64,000 bases of DNA from Geosiphon pyriformis uo1 (Eukaryota > Fungi > Glomeromycota): positions 128,108-192,107 of the forward strand of contig JAAOMT010000283.1 in the NCBI GenBank assembly GCA_016748015.1, in the 5' to 3' direction. Below, piece after piece: positions 63,235-64,000 of the stretch; position 1 is the first letter of the stretch, and every line of letters starts with the position of its first letter. Under the pieces are notes generated by a model. It was not told the DNA's origin and ran no database searches. It saw nothing but the letters and a program-made list of their open reading frames with translations. The position numbers were made by a program, and so were the translations under genes.

Positions 63235-63722
63235 ATTTGTTTTAAATAATAATAATAAAGCATATTAATTTATATTAATTTAAATTAATTTTTAATTAAA
63301 TTGTTTAATATGTTGATTAATTAATTATTGCTAATTTTAAATACAAAATAAATTATGTTTTTGTATATATTTTTAACTTATTAAGTTATTTGATTTAAAA
63401 AATAAAATAAAAATCAAATTTTCTATTTTTTTTCTATTTTTTATAATATTTAAATAAAAATATGAAAATAACTTTGAATTTTCTTAAAAATAAACTATTT
63501 TTAATATTAAATTTTGGTTTAAAATTTTTTAAAAATTTTTTAAAACTTGTTATTAAAATAAAGTTATTATATATTTTTTTAATAAATAGTTTAATTTAAA
63601 AAATTGCAATGTATAATATTTATAGTAATAAATAAAAAAAATATTATTAAATAATATAAAAATATAAATAAATTAAAATTAAAAAAATATTTTTATTTTT
63701 AATTAAAAAACATAAAATATAA

Positions 63723-64000
63723 TAAAAAATTTTTTTTCTCTTACTCCCAAAAACCCCAACGAGTTATTTTTCTGAAGAAGAAGTTTTTGTTTTTCTCTTA
63801 TTAGTATTATATCAATATTTCTTTAACTAATAACCTTTTTGTCATGGATTCAAAGGCTGCTTCTAGTGGCAGCATGTCTAGTAAGAAGGCTTCTAAGGGC
63901 GTGTTTCATAGTTCTGCCGGTGGTTCCTTTTCACAAAAAAAGAAGGCTTCTCTTGATAATGTTAAACACTCTGGTGATGAAAAGAATATTTCTTTGAAGT
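63723..64000 (+). mobile_element. LINE copy 5: 5' UTR and ORF1 start (runs off the window end)
   Basis: 5' motif AAAAAATTTTTTTTCTCTT..CCCAAA resembles the other copies' 5' ends. ATG 63844, MDSKAASSGSMSSKKASKG..SAGGSFSQKKK, a Ser/Gly/Lys-rich N-terminus like the other ORF1s. Confidence 0.65.

Noticed and set aside
62913-63535. Apparent perfect 300-bp tandem duplication
   Set aside because: Identical copies flank a 20-N gap, typical of unmerged contig overlap. A real repeat in this eroded region would be unlikely to be identical.

Overview
Eukaryotic, intron-rich, AT-rich fungal DNA. Gene content, intron sizes of roughly 70-150 nt and the transposon families suggest an early-diverging fungus, probably Glomeromycotina (inference only). 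Islands of normal, CpG-containing host genes sit among decayed retroelements and roughly 90% AT deserts. The host genes are a lineage-specific spliced gene, fused tryptophan synthase TRP5, eIF4A-III/FAL1, POL32/POLD3, a DUF2015 protein, an SFSWAP-like splicing regulator and YIF1. The retroelements are: one Ty3/Gypsy LTR element with unusual architecture (Gag-PR-Cys-rich domain-dUTPase-RT-RNaseH, integrase in a separate frame, and a hidden extra ORF before the PPT); a solo LTR inserted in its gag; and five large copies or fragments of an RNase H-bearing LINE family plus short 3'-end fragments. The large repeats are destroyed almost only by C>T/G>A transitions on both strands. By hand count the losses favour CpG and pyrimidine-preceded C rather than CpA, which points to a repeat-targeted hypermutation process that differs from classical ascomycete RIP. 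The AT deserts contain recognisable 'ghosts' of the same elements. There are two assembly gaps (21313-22226 and 63215-63234).
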